Below are positions 48,097 to 58,076 of a DNA stretch of 64,000 bases, piece after piece (within the stretch, counting starts at the first letter, position 1; each line of letters begins with the position of its first letter). This DNA is from Clostridiales bacterium (GTDB lineage Bacteria; Bacillota; Clostridia; Saccharofermentanales; Saccharofermentanaceae). A model generated the notes under the pieces. That model was not told the DNA's origin, searched no databases, and worked only from the letters and a program-made list of their open reading frames with translations. A program made the position numbers and the translations under genes. The stretch lies in NCBI GenBank assembly GCA_017513085.1, contig JAFWDK010000010.1:32001-96000 (forward strand). Direction: 5' to 3'.

Positions 48097-48996
48097 ATGA
48101 GCAACGGATGGGTCAAAACGTTGAAGACCTTGAATTTTATAGGCGGGAAGGCGTGTTCAGAAGAGGAGATCAAGCGTCATCGGAAACTTGCTGAGTGGGC
48201 AGGCCGGATGGCGACGCCGAAAGGGAATGTGAAACGAAGAAGTTTCCGGATAGAAAGTGTTTCTTGCGAAGAATTCACGCCTTTATCCAAGCACGATCCT
48301 GATTATGTGATTCTCTACTGTCATGGCGGAGGATATGTCAGCGGTGGTCTTGGATATGCCGGGAATCTCTCTACGAAACTGGCCATGGCAACGGGGTTCA
48401 CGGTTTATTCTTTCGATTACCGGCTGGCGCCGGAACATCCTTACCCGGCTGCATCAGAGGATGCAACAACTGTCTGGAACTATCTAGTTGAAAAAGTAGC
48501 TGAAGCAGATCATGTGTTATTAGCCGGCGATTCGGCAGGCGGAAATATGGCGCTGGGCCTGACTCAGAGACTGATCTCGGAAGGGAAACCTGCGCCACGG
48601 GAACTTCTTTTATTTAGCCCCTGGACAGATATGACCGGAACATCCGAGTCCTATGAAACCAATCAGGACATCGATCCGATCCTTACGAAGGAATTTGTGA
48701 TGAATTCTGCCAAAGCCTATATGGGAGAAAAAGATCCGACAGATCCGGCATTCAGTCCGTTGTTCGGAAGCTTTGAACATTTCCCTCCTGTTTACATCAT
48801 GGCCGGAAGAAACGGGATCCTTTTAGATGATAGTGTTAAACTTAAAGAAAAGATAGATTCATCCGGTGGAAAGGCAGAACTTGATATTGAAGAGAAAGGA
48901 TGGCATGTGTACCAGCAGATGCCCGGCTCTATGGCGAAAAAAGCCATGAAACGGCTTGCTGAGCATGTATCATACGAGATCTATGGGAAGCGATAA
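48097..48996 (+). CDS. Alpha/beta hydrolase (HSL-family esterase)
   Basis: Motifs HGGG, DYRLAPEHPYPA, GDSAGG and GWHVY. Start may be GTG 48076. Confidence 0.9.
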   Translation: MSNGWVKTLKTLNFIGGKACSEEEIKRHRKLAEWAGRMATPKGNVKRRSFRIESVSCEEFTPLSKHDPDYVILYCHGGGYVSGGLGYAGNLSTKLAMATGFTVYSFDYRLAPEHPYPAASEDATTVWNYLVEKVAEADHVLLAGDSAGGNMALGLTQRLISEGKPAPRELLLFSPWTDMTGTSESYETNQDIDPILTKEFVMNSAKAYMGEKDPTDPAFSPLFGSFEHFPPVYIMAGRNGILLDDSVKLKEKIDSSGGKAELDIEEKGWHVYQQMPGSMAKKAMKRLAEHVSYEIYGKR

Positions 48997-50233
48997 TTGG
49001 TACAAAGTTGATAACGTTTCAAAGGTGTTTCTGGCAACTCTTGGGAAGCGTGACACCCGGTCGTTTCGCCTTAGCTGTACGCTGAAGGAGGAGATTGATC
49101 CGGAACTGTTGCAACAGGCGGTGAATTCAGCCATCGAAGACCGTCCGCAGGTTCAGGTGAGGATCCGCCGTGGTATTTTCTGGCATTATATGGAAGACAC
49201 GGATCTTACGCCGGTGGTGAAACAGGAAGATGATCGGATCTGCCCGCTTCTATATGTTCCGTCCAAAACGATGCTTCACTACCAGGTGACCTATTTCGGG
49301 AATCGGATCAATCTGGAGATTTCACATGTTCTGGCTGACGGAACAGGTGCCATGGAATTTCTGAATATCATCGTACTCGATTATCTCAGAAGAAAGTATC
49401 CCGGTGAGCTTTCGGATATTACCGTCCACTCCGGTGCCTCGGAGGGGGATCTGAGTCAGGATAGTTACCGCCAGTTCTTCGGGAGCAAGAATCTCTCCCA
49501 CGGACCGGCCCGAAAGAAGGCATATCAATTAGGTGGACTGAAACTTCCTTACCATCAGCTGCAGTTCTTCGAGATCCATCTTCCGACCTCGCAGATCCTT
49601 CCTCGGGCAAAAGAACTGAAGGTTTCGCTGACAAGTTACCTGGGTGCGCTCTGGATGCTTGCGATCCGTGATGAGATGCCACCCAGAAAACGAGATCTTC
49701 CGGTGACGATATCTCTTCCCGTTAACCTTCGGAATTACTATCCCTCGAAGACGGCCCGTAACTTCTTCAACAGCGTGAACGTAACGCATGTCTTTGACAA
49801 TGAGATCACGTTGGAGGAACTGGCTGCGGAATTTGATGCATCTTTTAAGAGCCAGCTGACTGAGGAAAATGTGAAGAAACAGATGGACAGCTTCGAAACG
49901 ATGGAGTATGTGGCTCCTGTTCGGGTGGTGCCGCTATTTATCAAGCAGTGGGTGGTGCGTCATTTTACGAAGAAGTCGAATAAGAAGGTGTCTATGACTT
50001 TTTCGAACATGGGCGTGCAGAAGCCTCCCAAGTCACTTGGAGAGCGGATAGAAAACTACAGTGGTTTTTGCAGCACGAATACTATCTTTTCCACCATGTT
50101 CGGCTACGGGGAGCATCTGACCCTCGGAGTTTCTTTGGCGTATATGAATACCGGTGTCGTGAAAAATTTTGTGCGGTTCCTCTCTGCGTCCGGAGTGGAC
50201 ATCACCGTAAGTGCAACGGAGGTGATCAAATGA
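48983..50233 (+). CDS. CoA-dependent acyltransferase (alcohol acetyltransferase/condensation-like fold)
   Basis: HxxxDG catalytic motif (SHVLADG), plus PVNLRNYYPS..RNF and FSNMG. Confidence 0.8.
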   Translation: MGSDNWYKVDNVSKVFLATLGKRDTRSFRLSCTLKEEIDPELLQQAVNSAIEDRPQVQVRIRRGIFWHYMEDTDLTPVVKQEDDRICPLLYVPSKTMLHYQVTYFGNRINLEISHVLADGTGAMEFLNIIVLDYLRRKYPGELSDITVHSGASEGDLSQDSYRQFFGSKNLSHGPARKKAYQLGGLKLPYHQLQFFEIHLPTSQILPRAKELKVSLTSYLGALWMLAIRDEMPPRKRDLPVTISLPVNLRNYYPSKTARNFFNSVNVTHVFDNEITLEELAAEFDASFKSQLTEENVKKQMDSFETMEYVAPVRVVPLFIKQWVVRHFTKKSNKKVSMTFSNMGVQKPPKSLGERIENYSGFCSTNTIFSTMFGYGEHLTLGVSLAYMNTGVVKNFVRFLSASGVDITVSATEVIK

Positions 50234-50898
50234 GACGGTGCCCTTATTGTAAAGTCGGGATCGAGGGGGATCTTATGAAATGCCCGCTGTGCCAGAGCAA
50301 GCTTTCAGGCGACGGCGAAGATCCCTGTTATCCGAAGTTTGAAGCGCAGAAGAAGCGGTCACTCTTTTATAAGATCCAGCTGTTTGTCGTCTGGGGACTG
50401 CTGATTGCAGGAATCGGTCTTGATTTTATGGTCGGACTTCGGATCTCGGGTTTCCCGAAACTTCACTGGAGCCTTCTTCTGGCCATGTGGCTTATGGGGT
50501 TTGAGTTCGGCATTATGCGACAGTTTAAGCCCGGTACCGGATCGGCAGGCAAGGTGACCATGCTGGTACTGATCACGATCGCGATGTGGTGTGTTACCGC
50601 ATATTATCTCGGTTTCATGAAGATCACGATCGATCTGGTGGTCCCGAGTGCTCTGACGGCGACGAGTATTGCGAATTTCGTTTTGGCGATGATCGATAAA
50701 AACGGCAATACGATGTCTTACCTTCTTTCCGGATTACTCATGGGAGTCGTTCCGAGTATCGTATATTACTTTGCGAGTGCGAAAATGCCGATCGCCTGGG
50801 TCATCTGCCTGATGGTCAGTGTCATCCTTTTTGCAGGCGCCGTTATATTCAAGGGAAGAGCTGTGGCAGCTGAGCTCCAGAGACGCTTCCATGTGTAG
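50230..50898 (+). CDS. Zn-ribbon membrane protein (DUF6320-like)
   Basis: ATGA-coupled start MRRCPYC..CPLCQ, about 6 TM helices and a C-terminal ELQRRFHV. Confidence 0.75.
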   Translation: MRRCPYCKVGIEGDLMKCPLCQSKLSGDGEDPCYPKFEAQKKRSLFYKIQLFVVWGLLIAGIGLDFMVGLRISGFPKLHWSLLLAMWLMGFEFGIMRQFKPGTGSAGKVTMLVLITIAMWCVTAYYLGFMKITIDLVVPSALTATSIANFVLAMIDKNGNTMSYLLSGLLMGVVPSIVYYFASAKMPIAWVICLMVSVILFAGAVIFKGRAVAAELQRRFHV

Positions 50899-50907
50899 GA
50901 GATAGAT

Positions 50908-51327
50908 ATGGAAAAAAGTAAGATCGAAGCTTTTATCAGGAAGCAGAAAGTAGCGTTCATCTGCTCTGTGGATGAGGATGGATTTCCTAATGTGAAAGCA
51001 ATGCTGAAACCGAGAAAGATCGAAGGGCTTCATGATTTCTATTTCTCTACCAATACATCCTCCATGCGGGTCAAGCAATACTTGAATGATCCGAAGGCGT
51101 GCATTTACTTCTACCAAAAGGGATTGATCAAATACACGGGAGTTATGCTGAAAGGTAAAATGGAAGTGCTTACAGACCAGAAGACAAAGAATATGATCTG
51201 GCGGAAAGGTGACACGATCTTCTATAAAGGCGGCGTTACGGATCCAGACTACTGCGTTTTGCGGTTTGCTGCAGAAAGCGGAAGATACTATTGCGATCTG
51301 AAGACAGAGAACTTTTCGATCGACTGA
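50908..51327 (+). CDS. Pyridoxamine 5'-phosphate oxidase-like FMN-binding protein
   Basis: Motifs SVDEDGFP, FSTNTSS, NDPKACIYF and DPDYCVL. Confidence 0.85.
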   Translation: MEKSKIEAFIRKQKVAFICSVDEDGFPNVKAMLKPRKIEGLHDFYFSTNTSSMRVKQYLNDPKACIYFYQKGLIKYTGVMLKGKMEVLTDQKTKNMIWRKGDTIFYKGGVTDPDYCVLRFAAESGRYYCDLKTENFSID

Positions 51328-51367
51328 ACAGACTGCTTTTAGCGATATCTGCGGAGGATTTTTGACA

Positions 51368-52156
51368 ATGGAAGATTGGGAATTAGAAGTGAAGAATCAT
51401 TGGAATCAGGTTTCTGATTCCGATTGGTATAAATCATTAAGAACCGAAGAGAGACTTACCAGATTAAGACAGGATCCGGCTACAGCATTTCATCCGGAAA
51501 TGTTCTCTCTTATAAAGAAACATGTCGGGGACTTTTCCGGGAAAAAGATCTTGTTGCCGTCAAGCGGAGATAACTACGCTGCCTTTGCATTCGCATTAAT
51601 GGGCGCAAAGGTTACCTCTGCGGATATAAGCGAAAGACAGCTTGAAAATGCAAAGGAGATCTCTGACAGCTGGGGCTTAGATATCGAGTATATCTGTGAT
51701 AACACGATGTATTTGTCGAAAATCGAAGATGCATCTTACGATCTTGTATATACATCAAACGGGACATTGACCTGGATCGGCGACTTAAATGAAATGTACC
51801 GGAATGTGGCTCGTGTATTAAAGACGGGTGGGTATTCGGCAATGCTTGATATTCATCCTTTCAATCGGCCATTTACCGGTGAAGCGTGGAAAGCGCCTAC
51901 TATCAAGAAGTCCTATTACGATGTTTTTCCTGATCTTCATTGGAGGGTGCAGGATATCGTTAACTCTTATATCTCTGCCGGACTTCAGATAGAGGAGATG
52001 GCGGAACTCCCGGCAATCGATGCTTCATTCTGGTATTCCTTTGATGAGTTGAAAACAAAAACACCGGCGGACATAGAAAACATAAATGATTGGAAGAGTA
52101 ATGTGATGGCAGCACTTCCTGCGTGGCTGGGTTTGATTGCCAGAAAGGAGAATTAA
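51368..52156 (+). CDS. Class I SAM-dependent methyltransferase
   Basis: GAKVTSADIS..QL, YDLVYTSNG and VLKTGG...HPF. Start may be TTG 51362. Confidence 0.85.
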   Translation: MEDWELEVKNHWNQVSDSDWYKSLRTEERLTRLRQDPATAFHPEMFSLIKKHVGDFSGKKILLPSSGDNYAAFAFALMGAKVTSADISERQLENAKEISDSWGLDIEYICDNTMYLSKIEDASYDLVYTSNGTLTWIGDLNEMYRNVARVLKTGGYSAMLDIHPFNRPFTGEAWKAPTIKKSYYDVFPDLHWRVQDIVNSYISAGLQIEEMAELPAIDASFWYSFDELKTKTPADIENINDWKSNVMAALPAWLGLIARKEN

Positions 52157-52157
52157 A

Positions 52158-52520
52158 ATGAAAAAGTGGTATGACGAAGAATATGAATTTACTGTGGAAG
52201 TGACCGGGTTCCTTCATGGAGACCATACGGAAAGATACTGCCGAAACGGAGAAGAGATCGGCGACAAATATACCTGCACCTATGGCTGCCCTGTAAATCA
52301 GGATGGATATGGCATCTGCTCGAAGACCATGATGATGCTGTATCCCTTGATGGAAGCAGTCAGAAGCGGCGGTGATCTTGAGAATCTCGGCGGTGACGGT
52401 AAGTATTCCAAAACCGTGGTATGCCCCGATGGCTGCGTGATCTTTAAGCTCACAGCAAAGCCCCTTGGAAATGAGAATTTCCACAAAGGCGGATTCTATG
52501 ATTATCCCGATGCAACCTAA
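52158..52520 (+). CDS. Small Cys-rich protein (TIGR04076-like)
   Basis: CRNGEEIGDKY..YGCP..GIC...CPDG. Start follows AAGGAG. Confidence 0.7.
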   Translation: MKKWYDEEYEFTVEVTGFLHGDHTERYCRNGEEIGDKYTCTYGCPVNQDGYGICSKTMMMLYPLMEAVRSGGDLENLGGDGKYSKTVVCPDGCVIFKLTAKPLGNENFHKGGFYDYPDAT

Positions 52521-52548
52521 ATGGTGTCACTAGAAAAAGGGAGAAAAG

Positions 52549-53013
52549 ATGAATAGAACAGAAATAACTGAACTGACTGTATTGTGCCTGATTCACGACG
52601 AGGAGCGGTATTTGCTTCAGGATCGTGTGAGCGAGGACTGGAAAGGATATACGCTACCGGGAGGTCATGTGGAACCGGGTGAATCGATCGTCGATGCGGT
52701 GATCCGTGAGATGAAAGAAGAGACGGGACTTACGATACGTTCTCCAAGACTCTGCGGAATCAAACAGTTTCCGTTGAAAGACGGTGACTATGCTAATGGC
52801 CGGTATCTCGTATTCCTATATGAGACAAGTGATTTTGAAGGAGAATTAGTTTCATCTGATGAAGGAGCCATGCACTGGGTCGAGAAAAAGGAACTCGCAA
52901 ATGTCAACATAGTTGAAGATTTTCACGATCTCATCGATGTTATGATGAATGAGAATTACAGTGAATTCCAGTACACCGTCGAGGACGGAAACTGGATCGT
53001 GCATAAGCGATAG
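52549..53013 (+). CDS. NUDIX hydrolase (MutT-like)
   Basis: PGGHVEPGESIVDAVIREMKEETG and SSDEG. Confidence 0.9.
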   Translation: MNRTEITELTVLCLIHDEERYLLQDRVSEDWKGYTLPGGHVEPGESIVDAVIREMKEETGLTIRSPRLCGIKQFPLKDGDYANGRYLVFLYETSDFEGELVSSDEGAMHWVEKKELANVNIVEDFHDLIDVMMNENYSEFQYTVEDGNWIVHKR

Positions 53014-53031
53014 ACGGTGGGGAGGGTCAAT

Positions 53032-53505
53032 ATGTTTGTAAACGATTTGGAATACAGATGTGCAGATACAAGTGATGCGAAACTGCTGGTGGAAATCTAT
53101 AATTCTGCATTTTATGATGATTTCATCCGCTACGGACAGTGCCAGGCGTATGGCCGTTCCGAGGAGAATATGCAGATGTCTATCATCGATTATCCGAAGA
53201 TCATTGCCTATGATCAGGGAAAGGCTGTAGGCGTTATCAGTTATAAAGAGGAAGAACCCGGAAAGTATTATATCGGCTGCTTAGCAGTCGTAAAAGAAGA
53301 ACAGGGCCGTGGAATCGGAACGCTGCTGATGAAGCATTTTATGAGTGAACATCCGGATTGGCAGGAGCTCACGTTGGTCACTCCCAAAGATAATGAGCGG
53401 AATATCCGGTTTTACACCAAGCGGTTCGGTTTCGATATTGTGGGAGAAGAAGTAGATGGAACGGTGACTGTTCTACATTTTAAACTAAGCAGGAAAGACA
53501 TATGA
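53032..53505 (+). CDS. GNAT acetyltransferase
   Basis: Motifs LAVVKEEQGRGIG and NIRFYTKRFGF. Confidence 0.88.
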   Translation: MFVNDLEYRCADTSDAKLLVEIYNSAFYDDFIRYGQCQAYGRSEENMQMSIIDYPKIIAYDQGKAVGVISYKEEEPGKYYIGCLAVVKEEQGRGIGTLLMKHFMSEHPDWQELTLVTPKDNERNIRFYTKRFGFDIVGEEVDGTVTVLHFKLSRKDI

Positions 53506-54119
53506 AGAATATTCTGATCGTTGGTCCGAGCAGATCTGGAAAATCTACCTTAGCGAAAAGAATTCATGAAGAATTGGGATTCTTTGTTCTCAGTACAGAT
53601 AAGCTTGTGGCCGTTTTTCAAAATGCGTACCCGCAACTGGATATACGTCTGAATTGGGATAGAGATAAAACGACCGAGAATCTGGCACCATTCCTGGGGC
53701 ATTTTCTTGGAACATTCGATACTTCTGATGGCCGGGGATTGCTTGGCTATAGTCATGGTGATACCGGTGAGAACAGATTTGTTATCGAAGGATCGTATTT
53801 TGATCCGGAGATAATAACGAGGATCCTTAAATCATATAATTGCGATTCTTTAAAGGAAAAGTTCATACTAATTGGTCTGTTACAAAGAGAAAAGAACGCA
53901 GAGGATTTTTATAGAGATTTTCGAAAATATGATACAGATAAAGATTGGACATTTCATTTGTCAGATGAAGAACTCATGAATGTATCTGTGGAGGCAGTTT
54001 CCTACAACCAATCTATGTTTGAACTGCTTGATCGGTATGGATTCGATATTTATGATACGTCACATGATCGTGAAGCTATATTTGATGAAATACTGAAGAA
54101 AATACGGACGGATAAGTGA
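53502..54119 (+). CDS. P-loop NTPase/kinase-like protein
   Basis: N-terminal GPSRSGKS and VIEG. AT-rich, with an ATGA overlap. Confidence 0.78.
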   Translation: MKNILIVGPSRSGKSTLAKRIHEELGFFVLSTDKLVAVFQNAYPQLDIRLNWDRDKTTENLAPFLGHFLGTFDTSDGRGLLGYSHGDTGENRFVIEGSYFDPEIITRILKSYNCDSLKEKFILIGLLQREKNAEDFYRDFRKYDTDKDWTFHLSDEELMNVSVEAVSYNQSMFELLDRYGFDIYDTSHDREAIFDEILKKIRTDK

Positions 54120-54185
54120 TTACAGTCTGATAGGAGATTGCTATGGATAAAGAAGCGATGTTTTCGGCAATCAATGGAAAGAAAC

Positions 54186-54914
54186 ATGGGAACAATTAAA
54201 GATTACAGAAAGATGGTAGAGCAGCCATGGGGCAGGATGTTCTACGAAATGATATATAATCAGCTGGACTTTTCAGGTGATAAGAGGCTTAGGATACTGG
54301 ATTTTGGTGCAGGATTCTGCATTACTTCGGATCACTATGCCAAGGATCATGAAGTGATTGCGGTAGAGCCGAATGAAGAGATGTACAGCCTGCGGGTCAA
54401 GGAAAATGAGTATACCCTGATCAAGCAGGGATTGGATTATCTTAAGACAGTGCCGGATAACTCGATCGATGTTGCTCTTTGCCATAATGTTCTGGAATAT
54501 GTTGATAACAGAGAAGAAATCCTGAAGCAGCTGGCGCGGGTAGTCAAACCGGAAGGAGTCCTTTCTGTAATTAAACATAATCTTTACGGAAGAGTCATGG
54601 GAAGTGCGGTGCTTGCTGACGATCCTCAAGCGGCACTGGATCTTCTGAATGAAGTTCCCGAGGACAGCATGTTCGGAAACAGAAGCGTATATAGCGATGA
54701 ACTGCTTATCGAAGCATTGTCTCATGATATGACACTCTCTGAAACATTTGGAATAAGGGCATTCTTCGGGCTTTCTTCCAATAATGAGATCAAGTCGAAG
54801 ACAGAATGGTACCAGCCGATGCTCGAGCTGGAAATCAAAGCGAGCACGATGGATGAATTCAGGAAAATAGCGTTTTTCCACCATCTGGTGTTTCGAAAGA
54901 ACGGGAGAAGCTAG
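54186..54914 (+). CDS. Class I SAM-dependent methyltransferase
   Basis: Motifs ILDFGAGFC, CHNVLEYV and VKPEG. Confidence 0.87.
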   Translation: MGTIKDYRKMVEQPWGRMFYEMIYNQLDFSGDKRLRILDFGAGFCITSDHYAKDHEVIAVEPNEEMYSLRVKENEYTLIKQGLDYLKTVPDNSIDVALCHNVLEYVDNREEILKQLARVVKPEGVLSVIKHNLYGRVMGSAVLADDPQAALDLLNEVPEDSMFGNRSVYSDELLIEALSHDMTLSETFGIRAFFGLSSNNEIKSKTEWYQPMLELEIKASTMDEFRKIAFFHHLVFRKNGRS

Positions 54915-54917
54915 AAA

Positions 54918-55850
54918 GTGATAACGAAGAACAGACAATCAAATGATACGATTTCCCGCATGGCAAAACTGGCTTTCCCGGATAAGCAGATCGCGGAAGT
55001 AAAAGAACTTACCGAGGGCATGTGTAATGTGACCTATTCGATTGCTTTTAGCGATGGCAGCGAGAGCATCCTGAAAATTGCGGCGAAAGATCGAAGCGGA
55101 AATACTTCGAATGAAGTGAATCTAATGCGTGCCGAGATTACGGCCATGAATCTGGTTGCCGAAAAATGCTCGTTTAAAGTAGCTGACGTCCAGTACTATG
55201 ATGCCAGTAACACGATCTGCGATGGAAACTACTTCTTCATGGAAAAACTGGAGGGTGACAATTTCCACTTCGTGAAAGAGAAGATGTCGGAAGAGGAGAT
55301 CTCCGCGATAGGAAAAGAACTCGGCAGGATATCCAGAGAACTATCCACGATTCAGAATCCGGACTTCGGGTTCCTGGGAGAAGATACCCGATATGAATCT
55401 CTATTTACGTTTGTCAAACAGATGCTGTCAAATCTCATCTCCGATGCGGAAAGAAGAAACGTCGACATTCTATACGATGGCCGGACACTTCTGGATCAAT
55501 TGGAAAAGGATAAAGGCGCTTTTGAAGAGGTGAAGAAAGCCTCCCTCGTCCACTGGGATATGTGGGAAGGAAATGTATTTGTCAAAGATGGACGTGTGAG
55601 CGGTATCATAGACTGGGAAAGAGCGATGTGGGGCGAACCGTTTATGGATGACCGCTTCAGAATGCATAACAGAGATAAGGTTTTTCTGGAAGGCTTTGGT
55701 CAGACTTCGTTCTCCGAGGATGAACTAAGGAGAATGCGTTGGTATGACATCATCCTTTACTTAACGATGATGATCGAAGTCTTCTATAGAGAATTCGAGG
55801 ATAAAGGGCAGTATTTCTGGGCAAGAGAGATGCTGGAGAAGGTTGTTTAG
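54918..55850 (+). CDS. APH/choline-kinase-family phosphotransferase
   Basis: EGMCN..Y, ILKIA, Brenner-like HWDMWEGN and IIDWE. Confidence 0.87.
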   Translation: MITKNRQSNDTISRMAKLAFPDKQIAEVKELTEGMCNVTYSIAFSDGSESILKIAAKDRSGNTSNEVNLMRAEITAMNLVAEKCSFKVADVQYYDASNTICDGNYFFMEKLEGDNFHFVKEKMSEEEISAIGKELGRISRELSTIQNPDFGFLGEDTRYESLFTFVKQMLSNLISDAERRNVDILYDGRTLLDQLEKDKGAFEEVKKASLVHWDMWEGNVFVKDGRVSGIIDWERAMWGEPFMDDRFRMHNRDKVFLEGFGQTSFSEDELRRMRWYDIILYLTMMIEVFYREFEDKGQYFWAREMLEKVV

Positions 55851-55868
55851 AAAGGACAGGAGTTTTCT

Positions 55869-56426
55869 ATGAGCGAACATGCACATCCGGAAGAAGAAAA
55901 GAAAGAGATGGCTCTTCTAAAGATCGGAGAACTGGCCAGCCTTGCCGGGGTCTCATCGAAGGCTTTGCGGCTCTATGAAAGTAAAGATATCATCAAGCCG
56001 GTGAAGGTCGATCCGGAGACCGGTTACCGGTTCTACTCCGCGGAGCAGTGCGAGATCGTGGAAGCGCTGGTCGCGCTACAGGATATGGGATTTTCGTTAA
56101 ATGAGATCAGGATGCTTCTGCAGGAACCGGCTTCTACGGAAGACATTCAAGTGCTTTTCGCAAAGAAGAGACAGGCGCTTCAGGAAACGATCTGGAAGGT
56201 TCAGGCCCAGATCGAGGAGGTGGATGCGCTGGAAGGAAGTCTCTTAGGGAAGAAGCCTTGGCCGTCGGAGAAGGCGGATACGGAAGATCCGATGACGGAG
56301 GAATCCTCGCTTTCGAAACCATTCCTAGAAATGAGCGACGACGAACGTGCCTGGTATCTGGCGAAAATGGTCCGCGTGAATCCGCATAATGTCCGTCAGA
56401 TCTTAAGTGAAGCGATCTGGCTGTAA
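55869..56426 (+). CDS. MerR-family regulator
   Basis: LKIGELASLAGVSSKALRLYE..ETGYRFY..GFSLNEI. Confidence 0.92.
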   Translation: MSEHAHPEEEKKEMALLKIGELASLAGVSSKALRLYESKDIIKPVKVDPETGYRFYSAEQCEIVEALVALQDMGFSLNEIRMLLQEPASTEDIQVLFAKKRQALQETIWKVQAQIEEVDALEGSLLGKKPWPSEKADTEDPMTEESSLSKPFLEMSDDERAWYLAKMVRVNPHNVRQILSEAIWL

Positions 56427-56437
56427 GCCTAGGTGCT

Positions 56438-57412
56438 TCAGGCTTCTGCGTGTCCCTGCTCAAGCACTTCCAGAGCTCGCTCCGCGCCGGCACGGTTATT
56501 CTTCATGTTATTCACGGAGCGGTTGATGACAAAGACACTCTGCATGACGCCCGCCCGGTACTGGGTGATCTTCATGAGCGTGGCAAGGCTGTCGATGGAT
56601 TCGCCCATCATGGTGCCGCCCAATACCAGTAACAGGATATAACCGGATCCGCCGGAAAGGGTATTGAGAAAGTTTGATCTGGCCATCGCCCGGTGTGCCT
56701 TCATATTCTCCTGAAGCATACTCAGGCTCGTATCTTCGACTTTCTTCATGACCAGTTCTTTTCCATCAAAGATCGAGATCGCCTGATGCGCTCTCAGGAT
56801 CGGCTCCGCCCAGTTGGTGTATTCGCCGAACTTCTCCTGGGCGCGCTTCTTGAACTGAGGGATCTTTCTGACCACGACGATGCAGCTCAGAAACATGAAG
56901 GGAACCGTGATCGCAATGGATACGGCGAGTAATGGCAGGTTCAGGAAGGCCAGGACGATGGACGACAGGATCAGATTCACGAGAGCAATGAATAAATGCA
57001 TGAATGTGACAGGCCCCATCATGTAGGCGTGCAGGCGGTCCACATCGTAGTTCATCCGGTTGATCCATTCGCCGCTCGAAAAGCACTGGATATCGGCATA
57101 TTCCGAGGAAATTATATGGGAGAGGAGCTTCTTCCGAAGTCTTGAAAGGAGAAGCAGATTCAGTTTCATGGAGATCGTTGCCCAGATCGTCATGTTATAG
57201 ACGAACAAAAGGAGCGAAAGAAGAAGGAAAAGCCAGAATGTGGGAAGAAGGGAATCCCTCTGCCCCTGCTCCATCAGACGAATAAACCGGGAAATCAGAT
57301 TTGCGGAAAGCACGGTGCTGAGAAAGTCAAAGGGCGCGCGAAGAAGAAGGGATACGATGAACAGACGAAGGACACCGAGTTCGCGCAGAAGATGACACAG
57401 CCTTCTAAACAT
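56438..57412 (-). CDS. Stand-alone ABC exporter transmembrane domain
   Basis: About 6 TM helices, SSGEWINRMNYDVD coupling-region pattern, no NBD. Confidence 0.78.
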   Translation of the reverse strand: MFRRLCHLLRELGVLRLFIVSLLLRAPFDFLSTVLSANLISRFIRLMEQGQRDSLLPTFWLFLLLSLLLFVYNMTIWATISMKLNLLLLSRLRKKLLSHIISSEYADIQCFSSGEWINRMNYDVDRLHAYMMGPVTFMHLFIALVNLILSSIVLAFLNLPLLAVSIAITVPFMFLSCIVVVRKIPQFKKRAQEKFGEYTNWAEPILRAHQAISIFDGKELVMKKVEDTSLSMLQENMKAHRAMARSNFLNTLSGGSGYILLLVLGGTMMGESIDSLATLMKITQYRAGVMQSVFVINRSVNNMKNNRAGAERALEVLEQGHAEA

Positions 57413-58076
57413 AGAGCGTTCCCCCTTCCATACGAAGAATCCGGTCGTAACCCTTCAGGTATTCGACCTGATGCGTGACATGTACGATGGTAAGATTACG
57501 GGAAGAGTCCGCGGTGCAGGCGTCTAGAGAGGCCATAACAGAAGCGGCTGTGGATGCATCCAGAGATGCTGTGGGTTCATCCAGGAGAAGAAGTGGTGCT
57601 TCCTTGCACATGGCCCGTGCAATCGCCAGACGCTGGGCCTGTCCGCCGGAAAGTTCATCTGCGCGGTCACCGAGATAGGTGTGGATCCCGTCAGGCAGGG
57701 AATCGACCCACTCAAGCAAACTGACCTGTTCCAGTACTTTTCGCACTGAACCTTCGCTATAGTCATGCCCCAGCGTGATATTCTCGAAAATAGTCATCGG
57801 CAGCAGCATCGCCGATTGCATAACGACCGAGACGTTCTTTCGGATATCCGAAGGAACGGATTTTCCGAGAATGTTTACCGAGCCCGAAGAAGGCCGCAGA
57901 AGACCCGCCAGGATCTTGAGAAAAGTGCTTTTGCCGCATCCGCTTTCGCCTACGATGCCGATTCTTTCTCCTTTTTGGATCGTAAGAGAAATATCCTGAA
58001 GGATAGGCTTGGTATCGTAGGAAAAAGAAATGTGGGAAATATCTGCTAGAATCTGCTTCTTATCGGAATTAGACAT
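57405..58076 (-). CDS. Stand-alone ABC ATP-binding protein
   Basis: Motifs GESGCGKS, LSGGQAQR, LLLDEPT and VTH. Has its own GGAGGA RBS. Confidence 0.92.
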   Translation of the reverse strand: MSNSDKKQILADISHISFSYDTKPILQDISLTIQKGERIGIVGESGCGKSTFLKILAGLLRPSSGSVNILGKSVPSDIRKNVSVVMQSAMLLPMTIFENITLGHDYSEGSVRKVLEQVSLLEWVDSLPDGIHTYLGDRADELSGGQAQRLAIARAMCKEAPLLLLDEPTASLDASTAASVMASLDACTADSSRNLTIVHVTHQVEYLKGYDRILRMEGGTLYV

